A DNA stretch of 63,995 nucleotides, filler included, from Folioceros fuciformis (taxonomy: Eukaryota), in NCBI GenBank assembly GCA_049999805.1. It is 7 parts of 7 records of this genome, joined end to end, with 100 filler letters (N's around TTAATTAATTAA, not from the genome) between each part and the next. Parts side by side here need not be neighbours in the genome. Positions count along the whole stretch, not along the records: positions 46,353 to 52,750 come from JBNGIO010005075.1; positions 52,851 to 59,681 come from JBNGIO010005076.1; positions 59,782 to 63,995 come from JBNGIO010005097.1; 4 more parts are not named here. One strand, 5' to 3'. Shown piece by piece: positions 48,639 to 61,310 of this stretch. The notes beneath the pieces are model-generated. The model was not told the DNA's origin. It saw only the letters and a program-made list of their open reading frames with translations, and did not search any database. The position numbers were made by a program, and so were the translations under genes. Numbering within the stretch: the stretch's first letter is position 1; every line of letters begins with the position of its first letter.

Positions 48639-49827
48639 TTTGGGAATGTCTGCTGCAAACGTGCCTGGAAGTTTCAAGTGTGGGTGTTCTGGTCAAGGTC
48701 TTGTGCCTTGCTTTATAATCTTCACCCCGACGCGGACTGGATGTGGCTGCAGTCACCCAGCCAGCTGCATTTTTGTCCTTGTTGCTAAGACCTAAGGATG
48801 AAGTCAGGTGATTTCTCTTCTTCAGTCCAGAATATGCGGCAGCCAGCCCAGCCTAAGCTTGTTGCGTGGGCTGAGCTCTTGTCCGCACCCTCCAATGCGA
48901 GCTGCAGCCGCTAGGTAGACACCAACCCCGCTCCATTATTGTCCTTGGAGCCAGCCGAGTCTGAGTTTTATAGACTTCTTCTCCACAATCAGTATGAGAT
49001 GCGGCGCCGACCCAAGCTTGTAGTTGCATGAGCTGAGATCTGGTACGTACCCTCCAAAGATCAGGTTTAGATAGAATGTACATGTACTGCAGGTAGGCAT
49101 CTGGCGTCCAAGAACGATACGTCTGTGCACTGGGTTCACCATGACAGAAGTTGCTGACCAGGGTATTGTTTGTTTTCCTGCTCCTGCGACCATGCGATCC
49201 ACGCCTTGGCCAGGGCAGTGGGCGTTTAGACTGGCGCCGTCTATTTGCATGCCTTGTCACTCCGCGGGTGCCAAAAAGGGAGCGACAAAATACATAGGGC
49301 AGATATGTAGAGTACAATTGTGCCCACCTGAGCTGTTGCCACGTGGTGCTCGAGGCCAATGCGGATAGGCTTTGTCGTCTCGAGCAGGAGAGTATGGGTG
49401 AGCCTGGAGCGGGCAGAGGAGCATGGCTCCCAGCGTGGTGATGCCAGGCCGGGCCTGCAGCGCGTTCGCTCGCTGCGGACCAGGACAGACTCGTGGAGCG
49501 AGTGGGCCGTGCAGCCGGTCAATTGCAAGCCTCGCATCCTGCTGTCCAGGCCGGACAGGACCTGGGTTTGGAGGGGGAAAGGGATGGGGAGTAGTTGGCT
49601 TGCGCAAGGATGTCGGGCTCAGAGTGCAATCGGCGCGTGGGGCGGCTGGCTTGGAGGGAGAATCCGATGATGCGGATGGTCCAAAGGTGTGCGGAATCGG
49701 TGACGTGTCTGTGTGTACTAGCTAGTAGGACGTGACTGTGTGAGATCGGTTGGTCATCAGGATGGAACTGGAACGTGGAGGGCGTGAATGTGACTCAGCC
49801 ACTCTGATGGTGTAGCGCTGGGTGCAG

Positions 49828-50640
49828 GCTACTGGCGCGGCTGGGGTGAGGAAACGACAATAGTCCTTGCCTGGGAGCAAGGAGGAGAGTGTGGAGCAGG
49901 TGGGTATGGATTTATCATAGCGCTAGCATAGGGTTTGTTGGAGGGCTTGGCGTGGAGTCACCACGGTCGTGGTGGATTTCGCATGCAGGCGAGGATGGCT
50001 TGCAGGCAAGCCATTCGGAATGTGGAAACAAGGCTCCAGTTGGAATTGTTGCTGCCGTTGATTGGGGCCACGGATCTCGATGATTGACCGGTAAGTATCC
50101 ACATTGCTCCTCTTCATCAAGGCTAGCGCTGTGGATGGGAGGATGTGAGAGGAGAGCGTTCCTGTTTGGAGTGTCCATTCCGGATCGATGCTTCTGCACA
50201 CCGGATTCGATCTTGACTGGGGCGTGCGGCAGCGGCTGCGGCTGCCTGGTGTCTTGTGAAAACAGGGCGGGATCCAGCAGCAATTCAACGCTTCAGCGCG
50301 GAAGGTGTCCTCCTTGCTGTCTGGCCTCCTCGATGACGGCCGAAGTGCAGGTCCCGGAGAGGATGGAGGCTTCCGGAAGTATATCATTGCCGACGAAGAT
50401 GCGGTCGCGGCCTGGGAGAGTGATAGTGTAGCGTCAGGGCCCTATTTGAACAGTGATGTAACACTCTGGTCACTGCTGTCCCGTCCTGTGCCGTTGCAGA
50501 TGCTGACTGCTTCTTTTGGCTCCCTGCAGATCGCTTTGGTGTTGTTCCCCACGACGGAGTCTCTGTCCAGGGTGGAAGACTTAGCCAATGTGCAGAAGCG
50601 CCCTTTACTGCTCATGAATGCACAATGGCAAAGCGGGCAG
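49828..50640 (+). pseudogene. DUF1995-domain (plastid) protein pseudogene, 3'-truncated
   Basis: Spliced reading LPGSKEESVEQ|ARMACRQAI...ELLLPLIGATDLDD*P|GGIQQQF...EDAVAAWES...IALVLFPT...RPLLLMNAQW. In-frame TAG 49861-49863 and TGA 50085-50087 (conserved Trp position). Sequence turns into retroelement DNA after ~50730. Confidence 0.75.
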
Positions 50641-50732
50641 GTGTGTGCACGTGGTGCATCTTTCACTACCTCGGGTTGTCATCCTCCGAGTCGTCTTTGC
50701 TGTCTAATGTGGCTTCTCGACAGCAACCTTCC

Positions 50733-52559
50733 ATAGTCCTCCACAAACGTCCAAGAATTCTTTCTCAACAATTTCTCAGTGATTCTTCAATTCTTCAGCA
50801 ATCTTAGAGCGATCTTCCAAGGTTCTCCTCAGTCTCTCAGCTCTCTCTTCCTCACGAGATTTAGAAAGCAGCTGATGATTTAGGGAATAAGGGAAGGAGA
50901 AACTCCCTCCACTCCACGCAGCGGGTGGATTCGTCCCCCTCTCCTCAGCTACAGACCACAATCAGTCCTCACCCTTCTCCTTCTCAACTCACTCACTCCT
51001 TCAGCCTTCATCTCCTCCTTACTCACTCACTCCTTCAGCCTTCTCCTTCTCCTCAACTCACTCACTCACTTCTTTAGCCTTCTTCTCCTCCTCTCTCACG
51101 CTCTTCAACTCTAAATTCAAAACGTAGGCATTGGTTTAGGAAATAAGGGAAGGAAACTCTCCCTCCACTCCATGCAGTTGGTGGATTCATCCCCCTCACC
51201 ACGGGCCACAGTTGGCCATTCATGGAATAAGGGAAGGAGAAGCTCTCCCTCCACTCCACGCAGCTGGTGGATTCGCACCCCTCACTTTCCACTGTAGAAC
51301 ACAATTGGCCGTTTAGGGAATAAGGGAAGGAGGTGCTCCTTCCACTTTGTGCAACTCGCAGATTCGTCCCCCTCAATTTCAGCTGTGGAGCAAAAGTTCT
51401 CAACCACCCCTAGGAGCGTCTCGCACTCACTGTTCACCTAGACATCTCTTGTCCAACCATGGACAGTGTAGGGGATCTCAACCGGGAGGAGTCTCCAACA
51501 TTTGCTAATCAGAGAGGCACCAATAGGCCCCTTTGTACAGAGTTTCCAAGAGCGGGAGCCACAGCCCGCCATAAAGTCTAGTTCTAAAAAAAGTCAACTT
51601 TAAAACAGGTGCCCTTAATGGTAGGCGGCACCATGTTAAGATAGCATCTTGCCAAATCTTATCTAAATACTATTTTACGATGCAACCACTCCTGGCCTAC
51701 CTTAGCGCCACGCTCTCCTCCTATTTATTCCTGTGGCCCTCCTTCCCCTGCCACAAAATCTTCAGGCTCTCCTTCCATGCTGCTGATTGGGCAAATCCTT
51801 CCATAAAATATCCACCTCACTCCCGCTGCTGGCTGTCCTATCCTGGCTGTCCGCTCTCTGACCTCCAAGGATGCTGGAGTGCATCTTGCCACTATGGCTG
51901 TAGTTATTTCCATTCCAGTCCTCCTGATGCAGGTAGGGGTTTCAACAACCTTGGGTTGCTGATTCCGCAACCGGCGTTGTTCCCCAATTGGGGTAGAGCT
52001 TCCCACTACCGGCGTTGTCTCTCCTCTACCGGTAGCGGTTCTCACTACCTCAGTCGTGGAGCTGCTTCTCCTTTTGACCTTGCCCTTCCACTTGGGGTTT
52101 CCATCCGCCGACGGCCGTCTTGTTTCCACGACTGCCACCGGCTTCCACTACCGGTTGCCCTTCAGCGACCGTCGTTGAGCTTCGACTACCTCCCTTCCAT
52201 GACGGTGGTCCACCTTCCCCGACCATTGCTGAGTCACAACTCCCTTATTTCCTAGCCTAAGTCCACAACACTCCTCTCCTAGGGGTCGTCCCTTATTTCT
52301 AATATCAGGGGGGGGGTCTACATATATAGGCTCCCTAGTGCCCATTCCACTACCAAGACCCAAGGACCAACCAGCCCCCGGGCACCTGGCCTGGCTACTG
52401 GTCCACTCCAAAACCCCATGGTCCAAGGAGGTCTTGTGTATAAATACCCCTATTTTATTCTCAACCTAAGCCGCTTTCTCCCTCACTTCACACAAAAAAA
52501 CCGAAGTTCACCAAATCTGTCACTCAGGAAGGGGGTTATGAAATATGTTTTCCTCTACA
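50733..52559 (+). mobile_element. LTR element 3' region with direct repeats, PPT and 3' LTR 52319-52559 (same family as 41286)
   Basis: Four copies of GGAATAAGGGAAGGA...CTCCACTCC...GGATTC at ~50880, 51140, 51224, 51317; poly-G PPT 52307-52316; LTR with TATAAATA ending ...TTCCTCTACA. Left boundary approximate. Confidence 0.72.
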
Positions 52560-52750
52560 CTCTTCAACTCTTCAATTGCGCTCCCTTTCGAAATCGCATC
52601 TGGACCCCTTCCAACTTAACTTAGGGTTTTATACTCGTCGGGTCGCTTTGGTTCCACTACCACCTGGAGCGCTACTATCGGTTGGCCTTCCATGACGGTG
52701 GTTCACCTTCCACCACCTTTGCTGAGTCACGACATCCCTATTTTCTAGCC

Positions 52751-52850
52751 NNNNNNNNNNNNNNNNNNNNNNNNNNNNNNNNNNNNNNNNNNNNTTAATT
52801 AATTAANNNNNNNNNNNNNNNNNNNNNNNNNNNNNNNNNNNNNNNNNNNN
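52751..52850. other. Artificial contig linker
   Basis: N44-TTAATTAATTAA-N44. Confidence 0.98.
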
Positions 52851-53302
52851 CGGCCTCCATGGCCGTTTAGGCTAGCCAGACAATCAATCAGCCTGACATC
52901 GAACCCTCACCCCTTGACACAGACATACCCCAGATTCTCGTTCCTATGTTCAAACCATTATTTAATTATTTAATATTATATTATTATTTAATCATTTAAT
53001 ACTATGTACCTTTAATTATTATTAAACCAATCCCCAAACTTAGATTCAAACTTTCCCGACCCTATGGCCCGGTACCGGACCTAAACATTCCCAAGTCTGG
53101 GACCAAACCTATACCCACTCTAGTAACCAAACCAACTATTTCTTGGTCAATTAACCTAATTAGCACAAATAAAAATAGAAAAAAATGACCAGAAAATAAA
53201 GGAAAATTAGGAAAAATAAGTAGAAAAAGAAAACCAAACCATACCACTATTAACCCTTTTTCAATCAAAACAAACCACTACCCCAAACTTTGGAGGTTCA
53301 TA

Positions 53303-53424
53303 GTATCTCTTAGACTTTTTCATTGATGTCCCTATTACTACAGCAAACGTAGCCGATGCCAAGGTCTCCGTTAGTCAAGCATACCTTTGGCATTGTCTCC
53401 TTGGTCACCCAAATATGCAAGCAA
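53303..53424 (+). mobile_element. Copia GAG-pre-integrase sliver between two insertions
   Basis: YLWHCLLGHPNMQA| directly followed by the LTR at 53425. Confidence 0.7.
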
Positions 53425-56329
53425 TGATGAAATATAATAGATTTAGGGCACTATTCACTAGGGCTCCTTTACTTAAACATTATTAAATATCTAAAGGCAA
53501 CAAGTTGTTTCTCTAGGTAGTTATTTAGGTAGTTGGTTGTTATAACAACTTATTGTTGTAACCGCCTTCTAAGCCTCTATAAAACAGCTTTGGACTTTTT
53601 ATTAATCAATGCAATATGAAACTCTCTTGCAAGTACGTTTGTGCGTGATTCTCATCATGGTATCAAAGCATCCTGCTCTAGATGTTTGAGCACATTGCTT
53701 GCCTCCTCTTTAGGCATGAATTCTTTGTGCATTACTAAGTTTGCAACATGGAATTTTGGCTTGGAGGCAACTTTATAATTATGCTCAACTTCATATTTTT
53801 ATGATGCACAAATTGTGCATCACTTCCTTGACTCCTCTTCATGGGGCAAGGAAGTAGGAGGAGATTGAAGGTTGCATCAAGGGAGAATGCATCAAATTAC
53901 AACAATTCTGATAAATTTATAAAAGAAATTCTAAATTTATTGGTAATTTTATTAGTGCAATCCTTATAAAATCAGAGAATCAAGGAGAATTGATTGAGGT
54001 GGCTAAGAGAGATTTACTTACTTGTTTTGGTTTATCACAAGTAGAATCTCTAGGTTTAGCACTTCAACACATTCCCAATTTACGTGCTGGTCCTACTGTG
54101 ATTAGTAGCACAGATTCCTTGCAGCCTCGTCTTAAATCTATCAAAATAGATTATGAACTTAGACATAATGTCATTAGTAGACAATTGTCATCTTTGACCC
54201 ATGCCTTCAATCATTTAGCACAATGCATTGAAGACTTAGATACTAAAATGTCTAAAAGTTCCTTGCAGAATTCAACATTCTTACATGCAAATTTTATTTT
54301 TGATATGATTGAAACATCGTTTGGTGTAATCTCCTCCAAAACACCACGCACTCGACGTAGTCGTGGCCTTTAAACATCATCTGCAATGGTTGCTCGGGAA
54401 GATGAGGGAGAGCAAATTGACGTAGAAATCAACAGTGACAAAGATTCTACTGAGACCAAATCAATGGTCGTCAATAATTTTGGAGATAGCTCCAAGGAGA
54501 AGAATAGATTCAATGGCAAGGACTATGACGTCTAGCGCCTGCAAATAAGAGGAGTATTGCGCAACCGTGACCTATGGGACATCGTCAGTGGAGCATTAGA
54601 GCGCTCTGTATGGAGTACTAATGAAAAACATACTTGGGATGCGAAAGATGAGAGAGCCCAGGACATCATTATACGTGGTCTTTCCCTTCATATGGTACGG
54701 CAAATTAGCGAGGCATGATCCTCCAAGGAAATGTGGGACCACCTTGCACAATTATACTCCTCCAAGGATGTTATGAGTTTGATGACTGCTACTCGTAATT
54801 TCCATAACCTTAAAATGAGGGAATCTGATACCATCGAACACGATATTAATGCATTTCGAATGGCAAGATCCCAACTTGAAGGTGCCTCCAACTCCAAGCT
54901 CTCCGAGTTAACATGCTTTGTTGCATTATTATCCTCTCTTCCATCCTCCTATAGATCAATTGTGACAACTCAGAACGCTGTCTTGAGAACAGCACAGAAG
55001 AATATGGATATGCATGAAACCTTGGATATAAGTGTAAATGAGTTGATTGGCGCATTGATACAGGAGGAGTCTAGTCGACGTCAAGACTCACGAGCTAGCG
55101 GACAGCAAGTGATGTTCACAGGAAGAGGCAGAGGAAGAGGTCGTAGTCAAAACCGCACCAAAGGATCTCTTCCCACAAGGCCTACTACTTCCTCTCAAGG
55201 CTTCTCCAAGGGAGCCCCTTCATCTTCTTCCACACCTACAAGAGGTAATAAGAAGACAAGAATTATTTGTAATTGGTGCAGAATCCCACATCACATGGAG
55301 AAGGACTGCAAAACAAAGAAAAATGGTGAGCCTAGGAAAGAGGCCTCACCTGGTGCAAATGTTGCTGTGAAAAAACCATCTTCTTCAACCCCTTTTGCCC
55401 TTACAGTATGTTTGGCATCCTCCCAACCTACAAATAAATTCTGGTAACTTGATAGCGGAGCTACCTCACACATTTGTTATGACAAAGACTCCTTTGAGTC
55501 CTACTCCCCAACCATAGGACACTAGTCTGTCCTCTTGGGTGATGATCACAACCTCCCAATAGCTGGCGCAGGTTCAGTTGTCCTTAGATGTTTGACTAGT
55601 CAGACTCTACACTTACGCCATGTCCTTCATGTACCAGCCATGTGTAAGAATCTAGTCTCTACCTCTAGTTTATGTTATGAACATAGTATGCAAGTCATAC
55701 TTCATGTAGATAGTTGTCTTATTTCATATGTTTCCAATAAGTCACATTTCATCTTCATAGGCACACTAGAAGAAGGGTTATACAAACTCTCATTTAAAGT
55801 GGGTCCTACACATTCCATCAATGTAGCATCTTATGATTGTGCTCCACCTAGCCATACTATGTTGTGGCACTATCGTCTTGGTCATCCAAATAGCCAAAAA
55901 TTAGTACAAATGTCTAAGGTAGGAAATTTATATCGTACACCCTGCCTCTCTCACATTCAACACCTCTCATGGTGTGAGACTTGTGTCATTATCAAAAGAT
56001 ATCAAGCCCCTTTTAAGAACATCTCTCCATAGAGGGCGAAATGTCTCTAGAGCTTGTTCATACAGACATTTGTGGCCCTATCTCTACACCTTCCTTCAAT
56101 GATAGCAGATATTTTATGACCTTCATCGATGACTATTCTCGGTTTACCCTCACCTATATCTTAAGTCACAAAGGAGATGTTTATTGTTACTTCCAAGATT
56201 ATATGGTATGGGCTGAGAGATTAACTGAGAAGAAACTCAAAACCTTACGTTCTGACAATGGTGGCGAGTTTACTTTCAACCAATTTTGAGGATTTTTGTC
56301 GCCTTCGCGGTATTGCTCAACAACTTACT
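53425..56329 (+). mobile_element. Ty1/Copia element F (family D), 5' half, interrupted in integrase by element G
   Basis: LTR 53425-53657 homologous to 28507-28767; PBS TGGTATCAAAGCA at 53658; extra ORF; gag ATG 54386; CNWC..PHH; LDSGATSHI; LVHTDICGP...LRSDNGGEF...GIAQQLT|. Confidence 0.93.
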
Positions 56330-59300
56330 TGACACTATCAGAGAGCACACGGGAGCGCGTAGGCATAGAATAGAGAATACATAAATGGAAGTTACAGTCG
56401 TGTGTCTTATGAACGCGACGGTTGCGGCGGTTGAGTAAACTAACCTATCGACCTGTAAACCCTAACTGCCTATATATATTTTATATAGTCTCACTCCCAC
56501 TTAGGTCTAGGGTTAGAGATTATCTTAATTTTAGATATGTATATGTCTATTGCTAAGGAAACGTGGACCTAACCAAAAACTTTGAAACTATTCAAAGAAA
56601 CCTCGACGAGACAAAAAAAGCTCGTCGCGAGAGGAAAGGTGGACTCTGCCCTAAAAGCCTAGTCCTACAGTCTTCAGCCTTCAGCTCTTCAGCTCGTCAG
56701 CTCGCGTCTTCATCAGCTGAGATAGATTTCGAAGTGGACGCCGCACTCCAACGCAGGGATTTGCCACCAGCACGCAGCCCCATGCCCGACGCGTGCTCAT
56801 AGTGTTTGATCTTCCCCAGCGGCTTGGTGAGGATGTCTGCAGTCATGCGATCAGTCGGGCAGTAGGTGATTCGAACTGTACCTTGTGCAATTGTCTCAGG
56901 AAATAGCACCGCCTGCCAGGATGGTTACATAACTCGAGATGCTCTTGCGGCTGTCTGGGTCTCCAGCCCAGTCCGCATCACTATAGACTACCAGCCTCAA
57001 GGCCTTCTCAGCATTTGCATTGTACAGGATCCCCCAATCAGTTGTGCCAAAGACATACCTGTAGACCCTTGTCATCAGGTCATTGTGAGAGCTGTTGGGG
57101 TTTGACACAAACCGAGAAGTGAGGCCAGAGCAAAATGCTAGGTCAGGCCTCGTGCCAATCATCAAATGCATAATACTGCCGTTCTTAGACAGGTACTGCT
57201 CAACGAGAGCCTGACCAGATTCAGGTATGTCCCCTACCTGCTGCATGTATTTAACATTCTGTTCTGCAGGGGTCGAGATTGGCTTGCAGCCTAGCATACC
57301 GTACCTGGACAGAATCTGACGTGCATATTTTTGCTGATAAAGGAATATGGTGCCTGCAGATCTATCCCGAACAAGTTGCATTTTGAGGCAGTAGACTAGG
57401 GCACCAGCAGAGGTAATCTTAAAGGCTCTCATCAGGGCCTCTTTCAGGTCATGAATCATTGCTCAAAGAATTGAATTGGAAAGAATTGCTCATGACAATA
57501 ATGTCATCAACGTAAATTGCCAGAGCAAGAAAGTCTCTGCCTTCACGTTTGACATAAACATTACTGTCTGCGTGTCGGTTTTCATAACCAAGCTCCCTCA
57601 AATAGGTGTCTATTCGAGCATACCAGGCTCGTGGGCTCTGCTTGAGCCCATACAGAGTCTTCTGGAGACGGCAGACAGGCATAGGTATGTTTGTAGGGAC
57701 TGAAACACCTTGAGGGATTTCCATATAGATTTCTTCCAGCAGATTGCCATATAGGAAAGCTGTGGTCACATCTAGTTGCTCTAGTTCGAAGTTGTTCACA
57801 GTAGCAAGAGCAACAAACATACGCAGGGTATTTAATTCTACCACAGGGCTGAAGGTGTCGTCATAATCGACACCAGGTATCTGCGAATATCCTTTGGCCA
57901 CAACTCTGGCCTTATACCTAGAAATGCTCCCATCTTGCTTAAGTTTGATTTTAAATACCCAGCAGCAACCTACTGGTTTTCTATGTGCAGGCAGACTTGT
58001 AATGCGCCACGTCTCATTCTCATATAAAGAAGCTAGCTCAGAATTAATAGCTAGCTGCCATTGAGCAGCATCAGGACAGCTTAGTGCATCATCATATGTC
58101 GATGGCTCATAGAGCTCAGTATGAGCAGCCAAACAGTACGTGAGATTGGATTTCAGGTGCCTAAAGTCGTCAAGCACTAGAAAGTATGGTTGGCGATGTG
58201 CTCTTGCAGAACAACGAGGGGCAAGATGCTGACCTCCAGGTATAGCTGACTGAATAATCTCGTCGGGCTCTTCATGGGCAGGAGTTGAGCTAGTTGAAGG
58301 TAAATCTGATAAGCTCCTGTTGTTGATTGCATGTCCAGGAGTGTGTACAGGTGTGTATGGCCTTGGAGTACGTACATGTATCAAGGGTACATGTGGTACA
58401 TGTGCAGGGGCACCAGCAGCCTGTGGGACATGACCAGGAACACCAGCAGCTTGGGGACTCTGAAGAGGAACAGCCATCTGGCCTACCATAATCTCCTCCA
58501 CGTCTGCAGAGTCACCATCTGAGCTGGAACTGGCAGAGACAACTCTCCCACTGGCTGTTGAGCCTCGATACCTTCGACAAAAACAGCATCCCGGGTATGT
58601 GTGACCTGACGGGTGCGTTTATTAAGAATCTTATAGCCCTTAACTCCTTCAGTAAAACCAATGAAGATGCAGGGGCTTGACTTGGGCTCGAACTTCTTGC
58701 GCAGGTCCTTAGGAATGTGAGCATACACAGTAGAGCCGAATACACGCATGTTGGACAGGTCAGGCTTGCGGCCTGTCCACAGCTCATAGGGAGTCTTGCC
58801 GCTAATTGACTGGTGAGCAATCCTATTCTGAATATATGTGGCATGTGCAACTCCTTCAGCCCAGTAGCTCTTGGGTAAACTAGCATATTGAAGCATGCTG
58901 AAGGCTGAGGTTTCAAGAGACTGATTCTTATGTTCAGAGACTCCGTTCTGCTGAGGACTGTACGCATTGGTAAGCTGGCGAGAGATGCCATGCGTAGTCA
59001 GAAGGTAGTGAACGCTGCTGAAAGGTACTCTCCTCCATTGTCAGATCGCAGAGTCTTTAAACGGCTGCCAGTCTGATTCTCAGCCCATGACTGGTATTCC
59101 ATGAAGCACCCAAGCGTCTCAGATTTGTATCGCAGGACATAAACGACATAGAACCTGGTACAATCATCGATAAAGGTGAGGAAATATTCCTTGCCACCTA
59201 GTGAAGTGGGCAGTTTGCCACAAATGTCACTATGAACCAGGCCTAACTTTTCTGTTGCTCGAGATGCCTTGGCAGGAAAGGGTGCGCGCTTGTGCTTCCC

Positions 59301-59681
59301 AAGGACACAAGATTCACACACACCAAAGTCCTGAAGAATATCCAAGGTAATTCCGTCAACCAGCTTGTCCTTATACATTCTGACCATTTTCTGAAAATTA
59401 ACATGACCTAGGCGCAGATGCCACAGGTAGGTCAAAGAGGGGTGAGCAAAATGCGTGGTCGTGGAAGAGGCATATGCCTTGTCAGACTGTAAGTCAAGAT
59501 GATAAAGGTCGTCCTTCTGAAGGTGACCCGTAGCCAAGAGAGTTCCATCCTTGGTTTCCACAACACACTTGCCATCCCCAAAGCATACATAGCAGCCGAA
59601 TTGATTGATTTTTCGAACAGAGACCAAGTTCTTCGCAAGGCCAGGGACATATAATACGTCTGGAATTTCCAGATGCTGGTC
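56330..59681 (-). mobile_element. Ty1/Copia element G, 3' part (INT-RT-RH, PPT, 3' LTR 56330-56493); cut by contig end
   Basis: LWHLRLGH, LVHSDICG, LRSDNGGEY, QLDVTTAFLYG, YVDD, YSDADWAG; RNase H partly deleted; PPT AAGTGGGAG; 164-bp LTR TGAGACTA...TAGTGTCA. Confidence 0.95.
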
Positions 59682-59781
59682 NNNNNNNNNNNNNNNNNNN
59701 NNNNNNNNNNNNNNNNNNNNNNNNNTTAATTAATTAANNNNNNNNNNNNNNNNNNNNNNNNNNNNNNNNNNNNNNNNNNNN
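59682..59781. other. Artificial contig linker
   Basis: N44-TTAATTAATTAA-N44. Confidence 0.98.
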
Positions 59782-61310
59782 TGCCCAGGCCGACTGGTCA
59801 GAGGCTGCCAGCCGGCCTCCGGATTCAGCCAGGCAACCAGCCTGGCTGGCTGGCTGCCTACTGACTTCGCCTGCCCACTCCCAGGTCTGGACACCGCATC
59901 GCCGCCAGCACCGGATCCAGTCGGGGCTACCCGAGCCCGCTGGCCAACCGCCTGGCGAGCCTGTTGGCTGGCTAGACCCGGCTGGGAAACCGGCTGGATC
60001 TGGCAGGCCCCCTCTACCAACCTGACTGCGCATGCTTGGGCTCGCCTGCTGGTCAGCCCGACTTGAATCTGACCACCCGCTTGCCTGGGCCGACTAGCCA
60101 GAGGCCGCTAGCCGACCTCCGGCCTTCAAATCCAACCAGGCGGCCAGCCTGCACGGCCTGGCTGCCGCTAGATTCACCCGCCTAGAGGCCACGCTAGCCT
60201 ACCTGGCTGCTCGGGCTCCTGCAGCCAGGATGGTGCCTGGCTTCCGAGTCCAACCTCAGTCGCCTTGGATCCAGCACCGCTCCCCGGCCTGGATGCAACG
60301 CCACCACCGGGCTGCCGTGAACCCTCCACTGAGCGCTCCTGAATGCCATCTTGTTGCCTGGTTGGGTCTGCCGCTTGCAACGGCTGCGTGCCTGCCCTCA
60401 GCTAGATAGGACTGCTTGCCACCGACCACCTGGCTGCTACCTGGCCGTCCAGCCTTGTCTGGCATGTCCTCGATTAGCCGGCCGGTCTACTGGCTGGTTG
60501 GATCTGGCCGCAAGGCAGCCGGACCCGACGGCCAGGCCCCTGCCATCCTGCCACCAATGCAACCAGCTGGCCAGCCCGGCTCGTCGCACCACCGGCCTGG
60601 TGCTGGTCCGGCCACCCTCCAGGCCGCCTTGCAATGGCGGTTTGCCCTCCTGGATCTGGCCAGGCAGCCAGCCCAAATAACCGCCTTCTCCTGCTTGCTG
60701 CCGGCGAGACTCCTCAGTCGGCCATCACCCGCCATCCGCCGGCACACTGGCTGCCTGCCTGCTGCTGGCCGGTCCCCATGATGTCGACAGGCCATAGTCC
60801 AGCCAGCCGGCTAGACCGCTCAGGCCCTTGCAACCCGCCTCCAACCTTGACCAGCCGACTAGCTCAGCTAGCCGAACAGCCGGCCGTTGCTGGCTCCATG
60901 CCTCGGCTAGGCAGCCAGCCTAGCTACCCGCCATAGGCCTCCCTCCTACTACCCTGCCTGGAGCCATCTTGTGGTCACCCCGGCCTGTTGAATCCAGCCT
61001 CCGATCAGCCGGCCTGTCGGGAGCCCCACCGCAGTAGGTCGGCCCACCTGCCAACCAGGATCCGGCCAAGCCTGGCCCTACTCCTGGCCTATCCAGCTGC
61101 CTGCTCTCAAGATCCTCAGCCCCCCGGCGCACCTGGGCAAGGCCATGGCAAGCCTAAGCACGCCACCCCCATGCCTATGCCCAACCGCCTTCCGCACGCT
61201 CCCAAGGCCCCAACTCACCCTCACACGCCCGACTTAGGGTTCCACACACGCCGGCGTCCCTCTCCACGGGCACACCCTACCCCCTACTTCACATTTTCCA
61301 CAGCCATGGG
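59782..61310. repeat. GC-rich degenerate repeat array, probably internal to a retroelement
   Basis: Dense GCCAGCC/GGCTGGC/GGATCC motifs; similar in composition to the GC-rich leader of element C (~26290-26480). Confidence 0.55.

Noticed and set aside
48850-49250. Weak lectin-like peptides (NNTLVS, GVYLAA) and a second TATA upstream of the lectin
   Set aside because: No QxDxNxVxY motif and similarity too weak to call a duplicate.
49861-50087. In-frame stops as U-to-C RNA-editing sites
   Set aside because: Such editing is organellar; this gene has spliceosomal introns, and TGA in place of TGG cannot be repaired by U-to-C.
50880-51380. Regularly spaced repeats here and at 33529-33978 resembling a CRISPR array
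   Set aside because: Spacers are related to each other, repeats are degenerate, there are no cas genes and the context is a eukaryotic retroelement.
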